DNA of 34,433 bases from Bacteroidales bacterium (GCA_024762735.1 JANTGU010000001.1:1-34433), one strand, 5' to 3'. Shown: positions 26,288-34,433, counted from the stretch's first letter. Numbers and translations are program-made. Notes: a model not told the origin generated them from the letters alone.

Positions 26288-26323
26288 TTTGGAATCGTAA
26301 AAGGTAGTTCGGAATCGTCAAAA
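26288..26323 (-). promoter_or_regulatory. Direct repeat TTyGGAATCGTmAAAA x2, candidate activator (AraC-type) binding site
   Basis: The GGAATCGT cores sit at 26291-26298 and 26311-26318, 20 bp apart. A degenerate third copy, CGGAATCAGCCAAAA, lies at 26260-26274. The site is 35-75 bp upstream of the -7 box and directly downstream of the TPR-AraC gene. Confidence 0.35.
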
Positions 26324-26391
26324 ACGGGGGCTATTAACCTGAGTTAGATATATGGCTTGAAATAATTTACCCGACAGGGCTTAACTGCAAA

Positions 26392-28071
26392 TTAAACCTT
26401 GCCTTTAGTAATGGAATCCCTGAAATAAGATGGTGTGATACCGGTATTCTTTTTAAAGCAGGTGAAAAAAGTTGATTTGGAATTGAAGCCTGACATTTGT
26501 CCTATCCCTTCAATGGAGAGGTAATTGTTTGCCGGTTCCGCCAACAATTGTCTTGCCGTCCTTATGCGGTATTCGTTGATAAACGCATTGAAGTTTTGGT
26601 GATGATGCTCATTGATCAGTTTTGAGAGGTAACTCCTGTTGGTATTTAGTTTATGAGAGATGTCGTCCAACGAAATGTCGCTGTACAGGTAGGGCTTCTC
26701 CTCGGACATGTAATTATCCAGCTTTCTAAGAAGCTGCAATGATTGCTCATTATTCGAAATTGTATCATCTTCTATATTTCTCTTTTTATTTAGCTTTGAG
26801 AGTAAACCAAATTCCTTTTCCGATTTAACAATTTCAAGATTCCTGTTGACAAGGTCATCATAAGCCCTCTTCTTTTTCCTGAACTGAACGCTAATCAATA
26901 TAAACGATGCTGCAATAACGAAAATGCCCAAAGCTAAAAAGAGTATGGCTTTATTTTTAGCAGCTATTTGTAACAAGCGAATTTCATTATCCTTTTTCAA
27001 TAAAACAATTTCATGTTCCTTCTTTTCTGCTTCGTATTTTGCCGCCATATCATAGATGTTAGCCCTTATCTTGGCATTGTATAATTTCACCTGCATTGTC
27101 CTGGCAATCCGCAAATATTCATAAGCGTTATCCATATCGCCCAAATCATGGTGTATGCTGGCAAGTAAAAGGTATATCTTGAAAAATAAACTTTGATACT
27201 CATTTATATCGCCAAGTTCTATGGACTGTTTCAATATTTTTTTTGCCTGATATGGCTTGCCCATTTCCATATAAGTTTCTGCAATATTGGTGGATGTTTG
27301 CAAAGCCTGGGGCATCATTTCCGTTTTGATAAAGTTATCATAAGCTGCTTTGCCATAACCAAGAGCCACCTGGTATTTCTTTTTAAGCATGTAGAAATAA
27401 GCCAATTCGTTTTGAGAGGTCGCGAGATGATCGATAAAATTGTTCTCTTTTGATATTTTTATACAAAGATTTGAATATTTAAATACCGAATCGTATCGAT
27501 GTGGCACCATGTACGTCCCACACTCGGCATATAGTGCCGCAATCCTGTTACAGGCATAAGCCCTGTTGTTCAGGCTGATGTTTTCATTAAGGAGTTTGTT
27601 GATAATATCTATCCCTTTTTGGAATTCTCCTATCTTGCGGTAACCCTCTGCAAGGTAAATCCTGGCAAGAACAGCCGAATCGGAATGTTGGTCAACATCT
27701 TTAAGGTATTTAAGCAGCATGGGTATCGCGATATTCGGTCTTGTTTGGATGAGGTAACTCTTGGCTTTCTCAAGTACTGAGCCGTAATGGGTTGAATCAA
27801 TAACCGGGTATTGAGCCAAATTTTTATTTGACTCAATATCATAAAGATATTCAATACTGATTTTCAGATAATTGATTTTGGCTTTCTCAATATCATTTAA
27901 CTGTAGCTCTTTTTCAAGGGAATAGATTAAATGATTGACGGAATCCCTTGTACCTTTCAACATTTGCATAATATCTTCATATTCCGACTCAAAACGGAGG
28001 GAATCATTTTTTTGCCCAAAGGAAAGTTGCAAACCCAAAAATAGCAGCATTAAAACAAATAGCGGTTTCAT
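26392..28071 (-). CDS. Transmembrane one-component regulator: periplasmic TPR domain, TM helix and cytoplasmic AraC-type HTH
   Basis: About 559 aa from the ATG at 28071, with signal peptide MKPLFVLMLLFLGLQLSFGQ. TPR-like repeats are followed by the TM segment AILFLALGIFVIAASFILISV. The C-terminal AraC HTH reads LDDISHKLNTNRSYLSKLI...IGQMSGFNSKSTFFTCFKKNTGITPSYFR. The track start at 28125 lies inside a terminator and upstream of the predicted -7 box. Confidence 0.8.
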   Translation of the reverse strand: MKPLFVLMLLFLGLQLSFGQKNDSLRFESEYEDIMQMLKGTRDSVNHLIYSLEKELQLNDIEKAKINYLKISIEYLYDIESNKNLAQYPVIDSTHYGSVLEKAKSYLIQTRPNIAIPMLLKYLKDVDQHSDSAVLARIYLAEGYRKIGEFQKGIDIINKLLNENISLNNRAYACNRIAALYAECGTYMVPHRYDSVFKYSNLCIKISKENNFIDHLATSQNELAYFYMLKKKYQVALGYGKAAYDNFIKTEMMPQALQTSTNIAETYMEMGKPYQAKKILKQSIELGDINEYQSLFFKIYLLLASIHHDLGDMDNAYEYLRIARTMQVKLYNAKIRANIYDMAAKYEAEKKEHEIVLLKKDNEIRLLQIAAKNKAILFLALGIFVIAASFILISVQFRKKKRAYDDLVNRNLEIVKSEKEFGLLSKLNKKRNIEDDTISNNEQSLQLLRKLDNYMSEEKPYLYSDISLDDISHKLNTNRSYLSKLINEHHHQNFNAFINEYRIRTARQLLAEPANNYLSIEGIGQMSGFNSKSTFFTCFKKNTGITPSYFRDSITKGKV

Positions 28072-28094
28072 AATGGGGATAATACTTGAGAACT

Positions 28095-28102
28095 CAAATA
28101 TA
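28095..28102 (-). promoter_or_regulatory. Candidate -7 promoter box (TAtaTTTG) of the TPR-AraC gene
   Basis: Forward caaatata is TATATTTG on the minus strand. It follows the terminator U-run directly and lies about 23 nt upstream of the ATG at 28071. Confidence 0.4.
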
Positions 28103-28143
28103 CAAAAAAAAGGCTGCCTCTCCAAATTAAGGAGCGCAGCCTC
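28103..28143 (-). terminator. Rho-independent terminator (paralogous copy of the one at 21531-21569)
   Basis: The minus-strand RNA reads AGGCUGCGCUCC-UUAAUUUGG-GGAGAGGCAGCCU followed by a run of 8 U. Confidence 0.6.
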
Positions 28144-28212
28144 GAAACCAAATTCCTACCTTTGGCTTTGTCGTTAATTTCCATTGGGCGAACCCGAAAC
28201 TGTCAGGGTTTT
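28103..28212 (-). repeat. Repeat R1, copy b
   Basis: See 21531-21638. Confidence 0.85.
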
Positions 28213-28320
28213 AACTTTGGTAACAGATAATATCGTCCTGTTTCCAATTATAATCTTTGGGAATAAAAAACAAAACCGGACTGATTTTGAGTAAAAAGCA
28301 GGACAGGAAATAAACTTCTT
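28174..28320 (-). pseudogene. 3' remnant of a LamG-type gene with no start codon
   Basis: The frame is open for 49 codons without any Met and ends ...KTLTVSGSPNGN-stop. The intact gene ends GKTLTVSGSSNGN-stop. Only the last ~13 codons are clearly homologous. Confidence 0.55.
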
Positions 28321-28342
28321 TTAAATCCTTACCCTTCAAAAG

Positions 28343-28807
28343 TTAAAACTTACGTTTGTTTACCAGGGTTCCATCGGGAGCATACATTTTCCAAACACCG
28401 GTTTTCTTTCCTTTTTTATAGTGCATTTCGTATAACAGCACACCGTCATCACTCCAAATATACCAATCACCATCCTTTTTACCCTCTTTATAAAAGGCCA
28501 CGGCAGTTTTGGTTCCTTTGTTGTTCCATGTAATCCATTCGCCGTTTTTTATTCCATGTGAATAGGAACGTTGCTCCTGTTTTTGCCCATTCTCAAAATA
28601 GGTAATTACCAACCCGTTTTCGACCCCGTTTGAAATATGACGCTCTATTTTAGGGTTTCCGTTTTCATAATATTCGGTGTCAACCCCGGTGTACAGCATC
28701 CCTTTTTTATAATAATGACCCTCTTTATACTCAAGGTTTTGAGTAAAACCTGCCCACGTAATCGCGACAAAAATAAAGGAGAGGAGTATTTTTTTTAAAT
28801 TCATCAT
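28343..28807 (-). CDS. Secreted MORN-repeat-variant protein (YwqK-like family)
   Basis: About 154 aa from the ATG at 28807, with a signal peptide. It has repeated YYENG/YFENGQK/GEW..W..NG/DGDWYIW/GVWKMY units typical of MORN_2 repeats. Confidence 0.75.
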   Translation of the reverse strand: MMNLKKILLSFIFVAITWAGFTQNLEYKEGHYYKKGMLYTGVDTEYYENGNPKIERHISNGVENGLVITYFENGQKQEQRSYSHGIKNGEWITWNNKGTKTAVAFYKEGKKDGDWYIWSDDGVLLYEMHYKKGKKTGVWKMYAPDGTLVNKRKF

Positions 28808-28847
28808 GCTTTTTAAATTGAATTGATACAAAACTACTGTAAAAAAA

Positions 28848-31652
28848 TTAGAAATTATAACTTACTTTTAGCTCGTATAGCCTGCCAATGGTAAATTCAT
28901 AAAAGGGATATTGCACATCTTTGTAGGTGTAAGTCTGGCGTATTTTAGCATTTAAAATATTTTTAATTTTTAGCCCGACCGAAAAATGTTTGCCCAGATT
29001 TTTGGTGGCATTGAAATCAAGCTTGGGAGAGGGTTGCTCATACACTTCAGGAGTGCCGCCTTTGGTAACCAATGATATACGCGGACCCACCACGTTAAAA
29101 ACCAGGTTAGCTGACAAGCCTTCCTTAGCATTATTGTAACTTAACAGGGCATTAATAATATAGGGAGACTGGGCAAAAAGCGGCCGGGTGGAAGGGTGGC
29201 CCGGATCCACAGCATGAATGGCAGCCAGCTCGGCGGAGTCGATGGCCACTTCGGAGTAGATGTATGAAAAGTTGGCACCTAGGCTGAAATCTTTTAACAA
29301 GGCAATAAAATCCAACTTTTTGTTAATGTCAAACTCTGCCCCGTAAACTTTTGCCTGTTCCACGTTCTGATAAGAAATTTCAGGGTTGGCTGCCACCGGA
29401 TTATCCACCATTTCGATAGGGTTTAAAAAGTTTTTATAAAAGGCACCCACCGATATTACTTCGCCCGGTTTCATAAAGTACTCCCATTTTAAATCGAGGT
29501 TGTCAATTAGGGTTCGAACCAGGTTAGGATTACCTACAATGGTAGGGGCTACCGGACTAAACGACGCAAAAGGAGCAATCTCGCGAAAGGTAGGCCGCGA
29601 TAAAGTACGGGTGTAGGCAAACCTTACATTCATGTTTTCAATCAGCGTGTAGGTTAAGTTGATGGCCGGCAGAAAGTCGTGATCGTTTAATTCGCCTTTT
29701 TCGATATTGGCTTTCTTGCTCTTGGTAAGCATTTGGTTTCCTTCGTATCTTACTCCTGCTACCATACGTAATTTTTCTGCCAACGGCATATCAACCATCA
29801 GGTAACCTGCATAAACATTTTGGTAACCATAGTAACTGTTGCGCAAGTCTGTTGCGTTTTGAACATACAGTCCGTAATTTGATTTGGTAACAGGATCGTA
29901 AGTGGGAAAGTTTTGTCCAATATTGGCATCAGAAAAATAGTCGGTAATATTACCATTATAGTATTGCACCTGCGACTTATAATCCACCTTACTTTCGTTA
30001 AAATCGCGGTAGCGATGGTCGTAAGCACCCCCGAATTTAAGTTTTGATTTGGCACCGAGAAAAGTAAAGGGAAGTTCAAAATTAATTTTGATGTCACGGT
30101 TTATTTCGTCCATGGTTCTTCGGTAACGCGACGGCACTTTATACTTGGAAGGACTTAACTCGTACTGAAAGCCTTCCTCGTTTTCAGGAAAATAGCTATT
30201 GGTAAAAAACCTGAGATCCGGTTCTTTTTGGTTAGAAAGCGTGTAGGAAAATATCCAGTTGATTTTCAGTTTGCCCAATTTTTCAAAATAGTGGTCGCCT
30301 TTAAACTGATTGGCCAAAATAGAGCGTTCCATAAATCCAAGCTCGCGGCTTTGAATATACATTCCAATCTCGTCGGAAGCCCGCTCGCCGTAGTTGTATA
30401 TCGACGATTTGGTTCCGGAGTGATTGTAAAGAAAAATATAGCCTATTTTATGATTGTTGGTAATTTTAAAGTTTACATTGGCCAGGGCGCCCATCAGCAC
30501 CTCGTTGTTCCCGTTGGTTTCAGTAAAGTTTTGCTCTTCGTTTAATACGGTGGAGTTAGCATCCACAAGCTTGTAAATACCCCGATTACCATTGTTAAAA
30601 TAGGCCAGGTCGTTTTTGTAAATTAACCCGAGGTTAAAACCCAGTTGTTTTCCAAAAACAGAGGTCTGGTTACCGACGGAGAGGGTATATTTTTGATTCA
30701 TGAATGAGTTGGTAACTTCAGGCCCCATCACTTTATTAAAAGACGTGGTAACCTCGTCAAGCCGGTCACGATTACCCGGATACAATGGAATTTTCAAGGG
30801 ATCGATAGGAAAATCGCGTGTGCCATCATCAAACCCAAGCCAATCGGTTTTTCCTCCCTGATAGCTTAAAAAGTTTGTGTTGAATGACGATTGATCGTTA
30901 AAGCCAAACGTGGCTGAAAAATTAAGATTAAAAGTTTCGGGAAAGTCTTTGGTTCTGATATCCACCAGACCGCCTGTAAAGGTGTTTAAATCGGGGGTAA
31001 AGCTTTTATAAACCACCATGTTTTCGATGGCGTTTGAAGGAAAAATGTCAAGCTGCACCGTGTTTAGCTCAGGGTCGAGCGAAGGTATTTCGGCACTGTT
31101 AAGGGTTGTTTTGCTGTAGCGGTCGCCCAGACCCCTGATGTAAACATATTTACCCCCTTTAACCGAAACCCCAGGTAGCCTTTTCACGGCACCTGCAGCA
31201 TCGCTGTCGCCTGTTTTCATCATCTCCTGGGCAGAGATGCCTTCCATAACCCCTGCTGATTTTTTTTGCATGGTAAGCAGGGCACTTTCGGTATTTCTTA
31301 CCGCTTTAGCCGATACAACCACTTCGGTTAAGCCAACCGATACCGATTTAAGTTTAATGTTTAAAACGGTCACTTTCCCGGATGAAATAGTAATATCATT
31401 GATAAGTTGGGTTTCGTAAGATATGTAGGAACATTTGATCGCTATTTTTCCTTCCGGAATGTCAGTAATGGAGTAGTTTCCATCAAGGTCGGCTGAGGCA
31501 CCGTTATAGGTACCTGTTACCATAACCGATGCGCCAATGAGCTCTTCACCGGTTTCAGCATCAGTAATTTTCCCTCTTAATGTCCCGGTTTGCGCCAAGC
31601 CCGCCTGGATCATTACAAAGAGGGATATAAAAAAAATGATTGCTTGTTTCAT
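28848..31652 (-). CDS. TonB-dependent receptor with an N-terminal CarboxypepD_reg domain
   Basis: 934 aa with a signal peptide. The CarboxypepD_reg segment is GTLRGKITDAETGEELIGASVMV...GNYSI. The plug motif is YIRGLGDRYSKTTLNSAEIPSLDP. It has a long beta-barrel and a terminal aromatic residue (SYNF). Confidence 0.9.
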   Translation of the reverse strand: MKQAIIFFISLFVMIQAGLAQTGTLRGKITDAETGEELIGASVMVTGTYNGASADLDGNYSITDIPEGKIAIKCSYISYETQLINDITISSGKVTVLNIKLKSVSVGLTEVVVSAKAVRNTESALLTMQKKSAGVMEGISAQEMMKTGDSDAAGAVKRLPGVSVKGGKYVYIRGLGDRYSKTTLNSAEIPSLDPELNTVQLDIFPSNAIENMVVYKSFTPDLNTFTGGLVDIRTKDFPETFNLNFSATFGFNDQSSFNTNFLSYQGGKTDWLGFDDGTRDFPIDPLKIPLYPGNRDRLDEVTTSFNKVMGPEVTNSFMNQKYTLSVGNQTSVFGKQLGFNLGLIYKNDLAYFNNGNRGIYKLVDANSTVLNEEQNFTETNGNNEVLMGALANVNFKITNNHKIGYIFLYNHSGTKSSIYNYGERASDEIGMYIQSRELGFMERSILANQFKGDHYFEKLGKLKINWIFSYTLSNQKEPDLRFFTNSYFPENEEGFQYELSPSKYKVPSRYRRTMDEINRDIKINFELPFTFLGAKSKLKFGGAYDHRYRDFNESKVDYKSQVQYYNGNITDYFSDANIGQNFPTYDPVTKSNYGLYVQNATDLRNSYYGYQNVYAGYLMVDMPLAEKLRMVAGVRYEGNQMLTKSKKANIEKGELNDHDFLPAINLTYTLIENMNVRFAYTRTLSRPTFREIAPFASFSPVAPTIVGNPNLVRTLIDNLDLKWEYFMKPGEVISVGAFYKNFLNPIEMVDNPVAANPEISYQNVEQAKVYGAEFDINKKLDFIALLKDFSLGANFSYIYSEVAIDSAELAAIHAVDPGHPSTRPLFAQSPYIINALLSYNNAKEGLSANLVFNVVGPRISLVTKGGTPEVYEQPSPKLDFNATKNLGKHFSVGLKIKNILNAKIRQTYTYKDVQYPFYEFTIGRLYELKVSYNF

Positions 31653-31702
31653 TGGATGTTTTGTTCCTTTAAATGGATGTGTTTATAAACCAAAATAACT
31701 GA

Positions 31703-31720
31703 TAGCGCCCTAAGGCACTA
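31703..31720 (-). other. Intercistronic hairpin between the lipoprotein and TonB-receptor genes
   Basis: The minus-strand RNA reads UAGUGCC-UUAG-GGCGCUA, 7 bp including a U-G wobble. On the plus strand the equivalent position is a C-A mismatch. The sequence after it is only partly U-rich. Confidence 0.3.
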
Positions 31721-31750
31721 CCAGTTAATTATTAACCAAAATAATAAATG

Positions 31751-33445
31751 CTATTTATTCTTAAAGAATTCAGTCCAACCGGCAGCCCAGTTTTCATCGC
31801 CAAAGGCACCTTTATAGTTAACTGCATCAAACCATGAATCGGGATAGTCGGCCATGTTACCGGTAAGCGGGGTAGCGGGAACTGGATTGGCAGCACTGAT
31901 GCCCGGGTCGGAAACCACGTTTCCTGCGGTAGTAAAGTACGCAGCAAAGGCTTCAACAGCAGCGGTAGAGTCGGCAGGGCTTGAACCATGTCCGGAAACT
32001 TTAAAAATACCTTCTGCTGTTCCATCAGCCACATCCCAGAAAACATTGTTCTCAACGGTTAAAATACCATCCTGAAATTGTTTGTATGCATCCTGGTCGT
32101 CAGCAAGGTTTTCAATGTCAACCCCTTTTGCCTGGTTAAAGAAAATGGAGTTGGCATAGTGTCCACCGGCGTTATCGCGGAAAGTGATGGTGCGTTTTCC
32201 GGCATCGGCACCCCTACCAATGTAAGTAGCGTTATAAATGTTAGGCTGGGCGTAAGGAGTACCTGTTTCAGGGTCGGTACCACCATCGTGCTCACCAAGA
32301 CGGTCGCCTTCGTTAGGATCCTGAATGGCACACCAAAACTGACCTGATCCGCGGAAGCCTTCGTCGTAGTCAAAGCTGTCATCAGCGCAATAAACCGAAA
32401 GGATATGTTTTAGATGGGGGGTGCCGCCAAAGAACTCGATGCCATCATCTTTGTTGGCTAAAATCTCCACATAATCAATCACGGTACCTGAACCAACAGC
32501 ACCCAGAGTTAAACCGTTAATTTCGTTGCCATCGCCAATATCGGTACCACCGTGACGAATGGATACGTATTGAATAACCCCGGAGTTGTCAGCATCGTCG
32601 CTGCCACCGTACAAACCTCTTGGCTCGTTGGTTGGAATACCTTCAATTTGTGATTCGCCCGGTGTGGAGTTTAACTGCGCTTTACCCAGCACAATGAGTC
32701 CGCCCCACAGGCCTCTGTCAGCCAAACCCACTGATCCGTTCAGGTCGTCAGCTTCACAAGTAAAGATAATAGGTGCATCTTTTCTTCCTTCAGCCATAAT
32801 TTTACCCCCTCTGGCAACAATCAAAGCCGAAGCATTTTCACCTTGTCCGGGTTTTCCTTTGATGACTGTTCCTGCCTCGATGGTTAAAGTCTGACCGTCG
32901 TTTACAAAACAGAAGCCATCTAATAAATAGGTGTTGTTGGCAGTCCATGTTTGAGTACCTACACCATTTCCATCGTCTTTAATGGTTACGGTTTCGTGAA
33001 CCGTGCCCCCTAAAGTAATAGATTGCTTTTGGGAAGCTTCCATGGCAGTTCCTTCGTTGTCGTAAATGCTGGCAGCCGAGGATGGTCCCACGGTTAACAG
33101 TTCGTTTCCATCTGAAAAGTCAGTCAGCGTTACATCGATGGTTGCTTCGGTAGCTCCTGCGGTGTGGGTTACCTCGTACGATTCCAATGTTCCGGTACCA
33201 CCCGATATCGTTACATTAAAACTATTGTTATCCAGGTTTCCGGTTTTATCAGCATTTTTATAAACGGCCTCGCTAAAAGTTACCGTTGCTGTAAAAGCTT
33301 TGTTTTGACCTTCAATAGAAATATTGGTCATGGTTGGAGGCGTTGGATCGGGTGTAACGGGATCTTTACCATTACAAGCCGAAAAGGACAATACAATAAC
33401 AGATACCAATGCTGTTAATAATAAAGAAAGGTTTTGTTTTTTCAT
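31751..33445 (-). CDS. Surface lipoprotein with an N-terminal Ig-like region and a probable right-handed beta-helix, associated with the TonB-dependent receptor
   Basis: About 564 aa from the ATG at 33445 (the TTG at 33475 overlaps the predicted -7 box). The lipobox is LSFSAC. The motifs TLTIEAGTVIKG, GGLIVLG, GVIQYVSIRHGG and VIDYVEILANKDDGIEFFGG suggest beta-helix turns. I cannot name the family. Confidence 0.5.
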   Translation of the reverse strand: MKKQNLSLLLTALVSVIVLSFSACNGKDPVTPDPTPPTMTNISIEGQNKAFTATVTFSEAVYKNADKTGNLDNNSFNVTISGGTGTLESYEVTHTAGATEATIDVTLTDFSDGNELLTVGPSSAASIYDNEGTAMEASQKQSITLGGTVHETVTIKDDGNGVGTQTWTANNTYLLDGFCFVNDGQTLTIEAGTVIKGKPGQGENASALIVARGGKIMAEGRKDAPIIFTCEADDLNGSVGLADRGLWGGLIVLGKAQLNSTPGESQIEGIPTNEPRGLYGGSDDADNSGVIQYVSIRHGGTDIGDGNEINGLTLGAVGSGTVIDYVEILANKDDGIEFFGGTPHLKHILSVYCADDSFDYDEGFRGSGQFWCAIQDPNEGDRLGEHDGGTDPETGTPYAQPNIYNATYIGRGADAGKRTITFRDNAGGHYANSIFFNQAKGVDIENLADDQDAYKQFQDGILTVENNVFWDVADGTAEGIFKVSGHGSSPADSTAAVEAFAAYFTTAGNVVSDPGISAANPVPATPLTGNMADYPDSWFDAVNYKGAFGDENWAAGWTEFFKNK

Positions 33446-33472
33446 TTTTGTAAATTTTTGATTTTTAAATTT

Positions 33473-33480
33473 CAAAACTA
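33473..33480 (-). promoter_or_regulatory. Candidate -7 promoter box (TAgtTTTG) of the lipoprotein-TBDR-MORN operon
   Basis: Forward caaaacta is TAGTTTTG on the minus strand, about 27 nt upstream of the ATG at 33445. Confidence 0.4.
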
Positions 33481-33605
33481 TGGCTGCAAAACAACATTTC
33501 TTTTAATAACAGGGCGTTAACCAAATATTAATAAAACATTAATTTAATAAGAAAAAAAGTTTCATTATTTAACATTAAGTTAACACATTATAAATTGGTT
33601 TAAAA

Positions 33606-33613
33606 TAGTTTTG
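33606..33613 (+). promoter_or_regulatory. Candidate -7 promoter box (TAgtTTTG) of the response-regulator gene
   Basis: TAGTTTTG ends 7 nt before the ATG at 33621. Confidence 0.4.
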
Positions 33614-33620
33614 AACTGTT

Positions 33621-34304
33621 ATGAAAAATAGTGAAATAAAAATTCTTTTGGTTGACGACGAGATTGATACTTTGGAGTTTTTAAAGTATAATTTTGAAAA
33701 AGAGGGCTACCGTGTTTTTACCGCTTCAAGCGGTACCGAAGCAAAAAAGGAAGCCTTGAACATAAAACCGGATTTGTTTATTCTCGATATTATGATGCCG
33801 GGAATGGATGGCATTGAATTGTGCAATTCTTTAAAATCGATGCCCGAGTTTGAAGATTCTATCGTCGTTTTTCTAACGGCACGAGGGGAAGACTATTCAC
33901 AAATTGCAGGGTTTAACGTGGGTGCCGATGATTACATCATTAAACCTATTAAGCCTACCATATTAATGGCCAGGGTCAAAGCACTTTTAAAGCGCCATTC
34001 CAAGGAGAAGGCAAAAAACTCTGTTATTAATTTGAATGGAACTATCATCGATAAAGAAAAAAGGTTGGTAATGGTAGATGGGAATGAGGTCCATTTGCCC
34101 AAAAAAGAGTTTAGTATTTTGTTATTACTGGCCTCACATCCGGGAAAAATATTTACCCGCCAGGAGATATATGTTAACATTTGGGGACGGGATGTTTTTG
34201 TAGGAGATCGCACCCTGGATGTTCATATTCGTAAACTTCGCGAAAAGCTGCCCAATCAACTTATTAAAACAGTAAAAGGTATTGGTTACGGGGTGATGGT
34301 TTAA
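33621..34304 (+). CDS. OmpR/PhoB-family response regulator (receiver plus winged-helix DNA-binding domain)
   Basis: 227 aa with the receiver motifs LLVDDE, the phospho-acceptor region DLFILDIMMPGMDG, and KP. The C-terminal winged helix reads LPKKEFSILLLLASHPGKIFTRQEI...RTLDVHIRKLREKL...IKTVKGIGY. Confidence 0.9.
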   Translation: MKNSEIKILLVDDEIDTLEFLKYNFEKEGYRVFTASSGTEAKKEALNIKPDLFILDIMMPGMDGIELCNSLKSMPEFEDSIVVFLTARGEDYSQIAGFNVGADDYIIKPIKPTILMARVKALLKRHSKEKAKNSVINLNGTIIDKEKRLVMVDGNEVHLPKKEFSILLLLASHPGKIFTRQEIYVNIWGRDVFVGDRTLDVHIRKLREKLPNQLIKTVKGIGYGVMV

Positions 34305-34433
34305 GATGTCAGCATAGAGATTTTAGATTTTAAATTTATTTTAGAATAAACGATTGGCGGGAAGGTAGAATGAACTGATTTAAACTTCTATTTGCAAACT
34401 ATGCTTGCGGTGGCAGGGATAGTCGAAATATGA

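Noticed and set aside
28072-28125. Upstream ATG at 28125 (MERQPFFCIFEFSSIIPI...) as the start of the TPR-AraC gene
   Set aside because: The extension runs through the terminator hairpin and lies upstream of the predicted -7 box. The ATG at 28071 yields a canonical signal peptide.
31732-32382. 107-aa minus-strand ORFs and plus-strand ORFs inside the lipoprotein gene
   Set aside because: They are alternative frames of a 564-aa ORF with a lipobox and coherent domain motifs. They are Pro/Leu/Thr-rich frame-shift artefacts.
34305-34433. Expected sensor histidine kinase gene immediately after the response regulator
   Set aside because: No long open frame begins here. The ATG at 34401 hits a stop at 34431 and the ATG at 34308 stops after three codons. 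The kinase is either further downstream or absent, which cannot be decided from this window.

Overview
This is a chromosomal segment from a Bacteroidota genome. The assignment rests on T9SS C-terminal sorting domains, a TonB-dependent receptor with a CarboxypepD_reg N-terminus, the DUF3098-uppP-truB synteny and recurring TAnnTTTG -7 promoter boxes. The first ~20 kb is mostly cell-envelope and housekeeping genes: rodA (partial), mrdA, pfkA, an MscS channel, ftsX, DUF3098, uppP, truB, rlmN, a YkgJ-type Cys-cluster protein, lipB, recO, a PorZ-like T9SS propeller protein, an LpxH-like phosphoesterase, a glycosyltransferase and an OlsF-like aminolipid acyltransferase. Two insertions interrupt this block: an ATP-cone/PD-(D/E)XK nuclease fusion wedged between truB and rlmN, and an AT-rich HigB/HigA-like toxin-antitoxin islet. 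The most unusual region is 21.3-28.4 kb on the minus strand. It encodes a transmembrane TPR-AraC regulator, a tail-fiber-like protein (13 YadA-head-like repeats plus a Peptidase_S74 chaperone domain), a translationally coupled T9SS cargo protein, a degenerate acylphosphatase-like mini-protein and a LamG protein. Two pairs of long nucleotide repeats punctuate this region, and they look like decayed copies of a promoter / leader gene / cargo / terminator cassette. The window ends with a lipoprotein-TonB receptor-MORN operon placed divergently from an OmpR-type response regulator. I recognised no rRNA, tRNA, CRISPR array, transposase or integrase.
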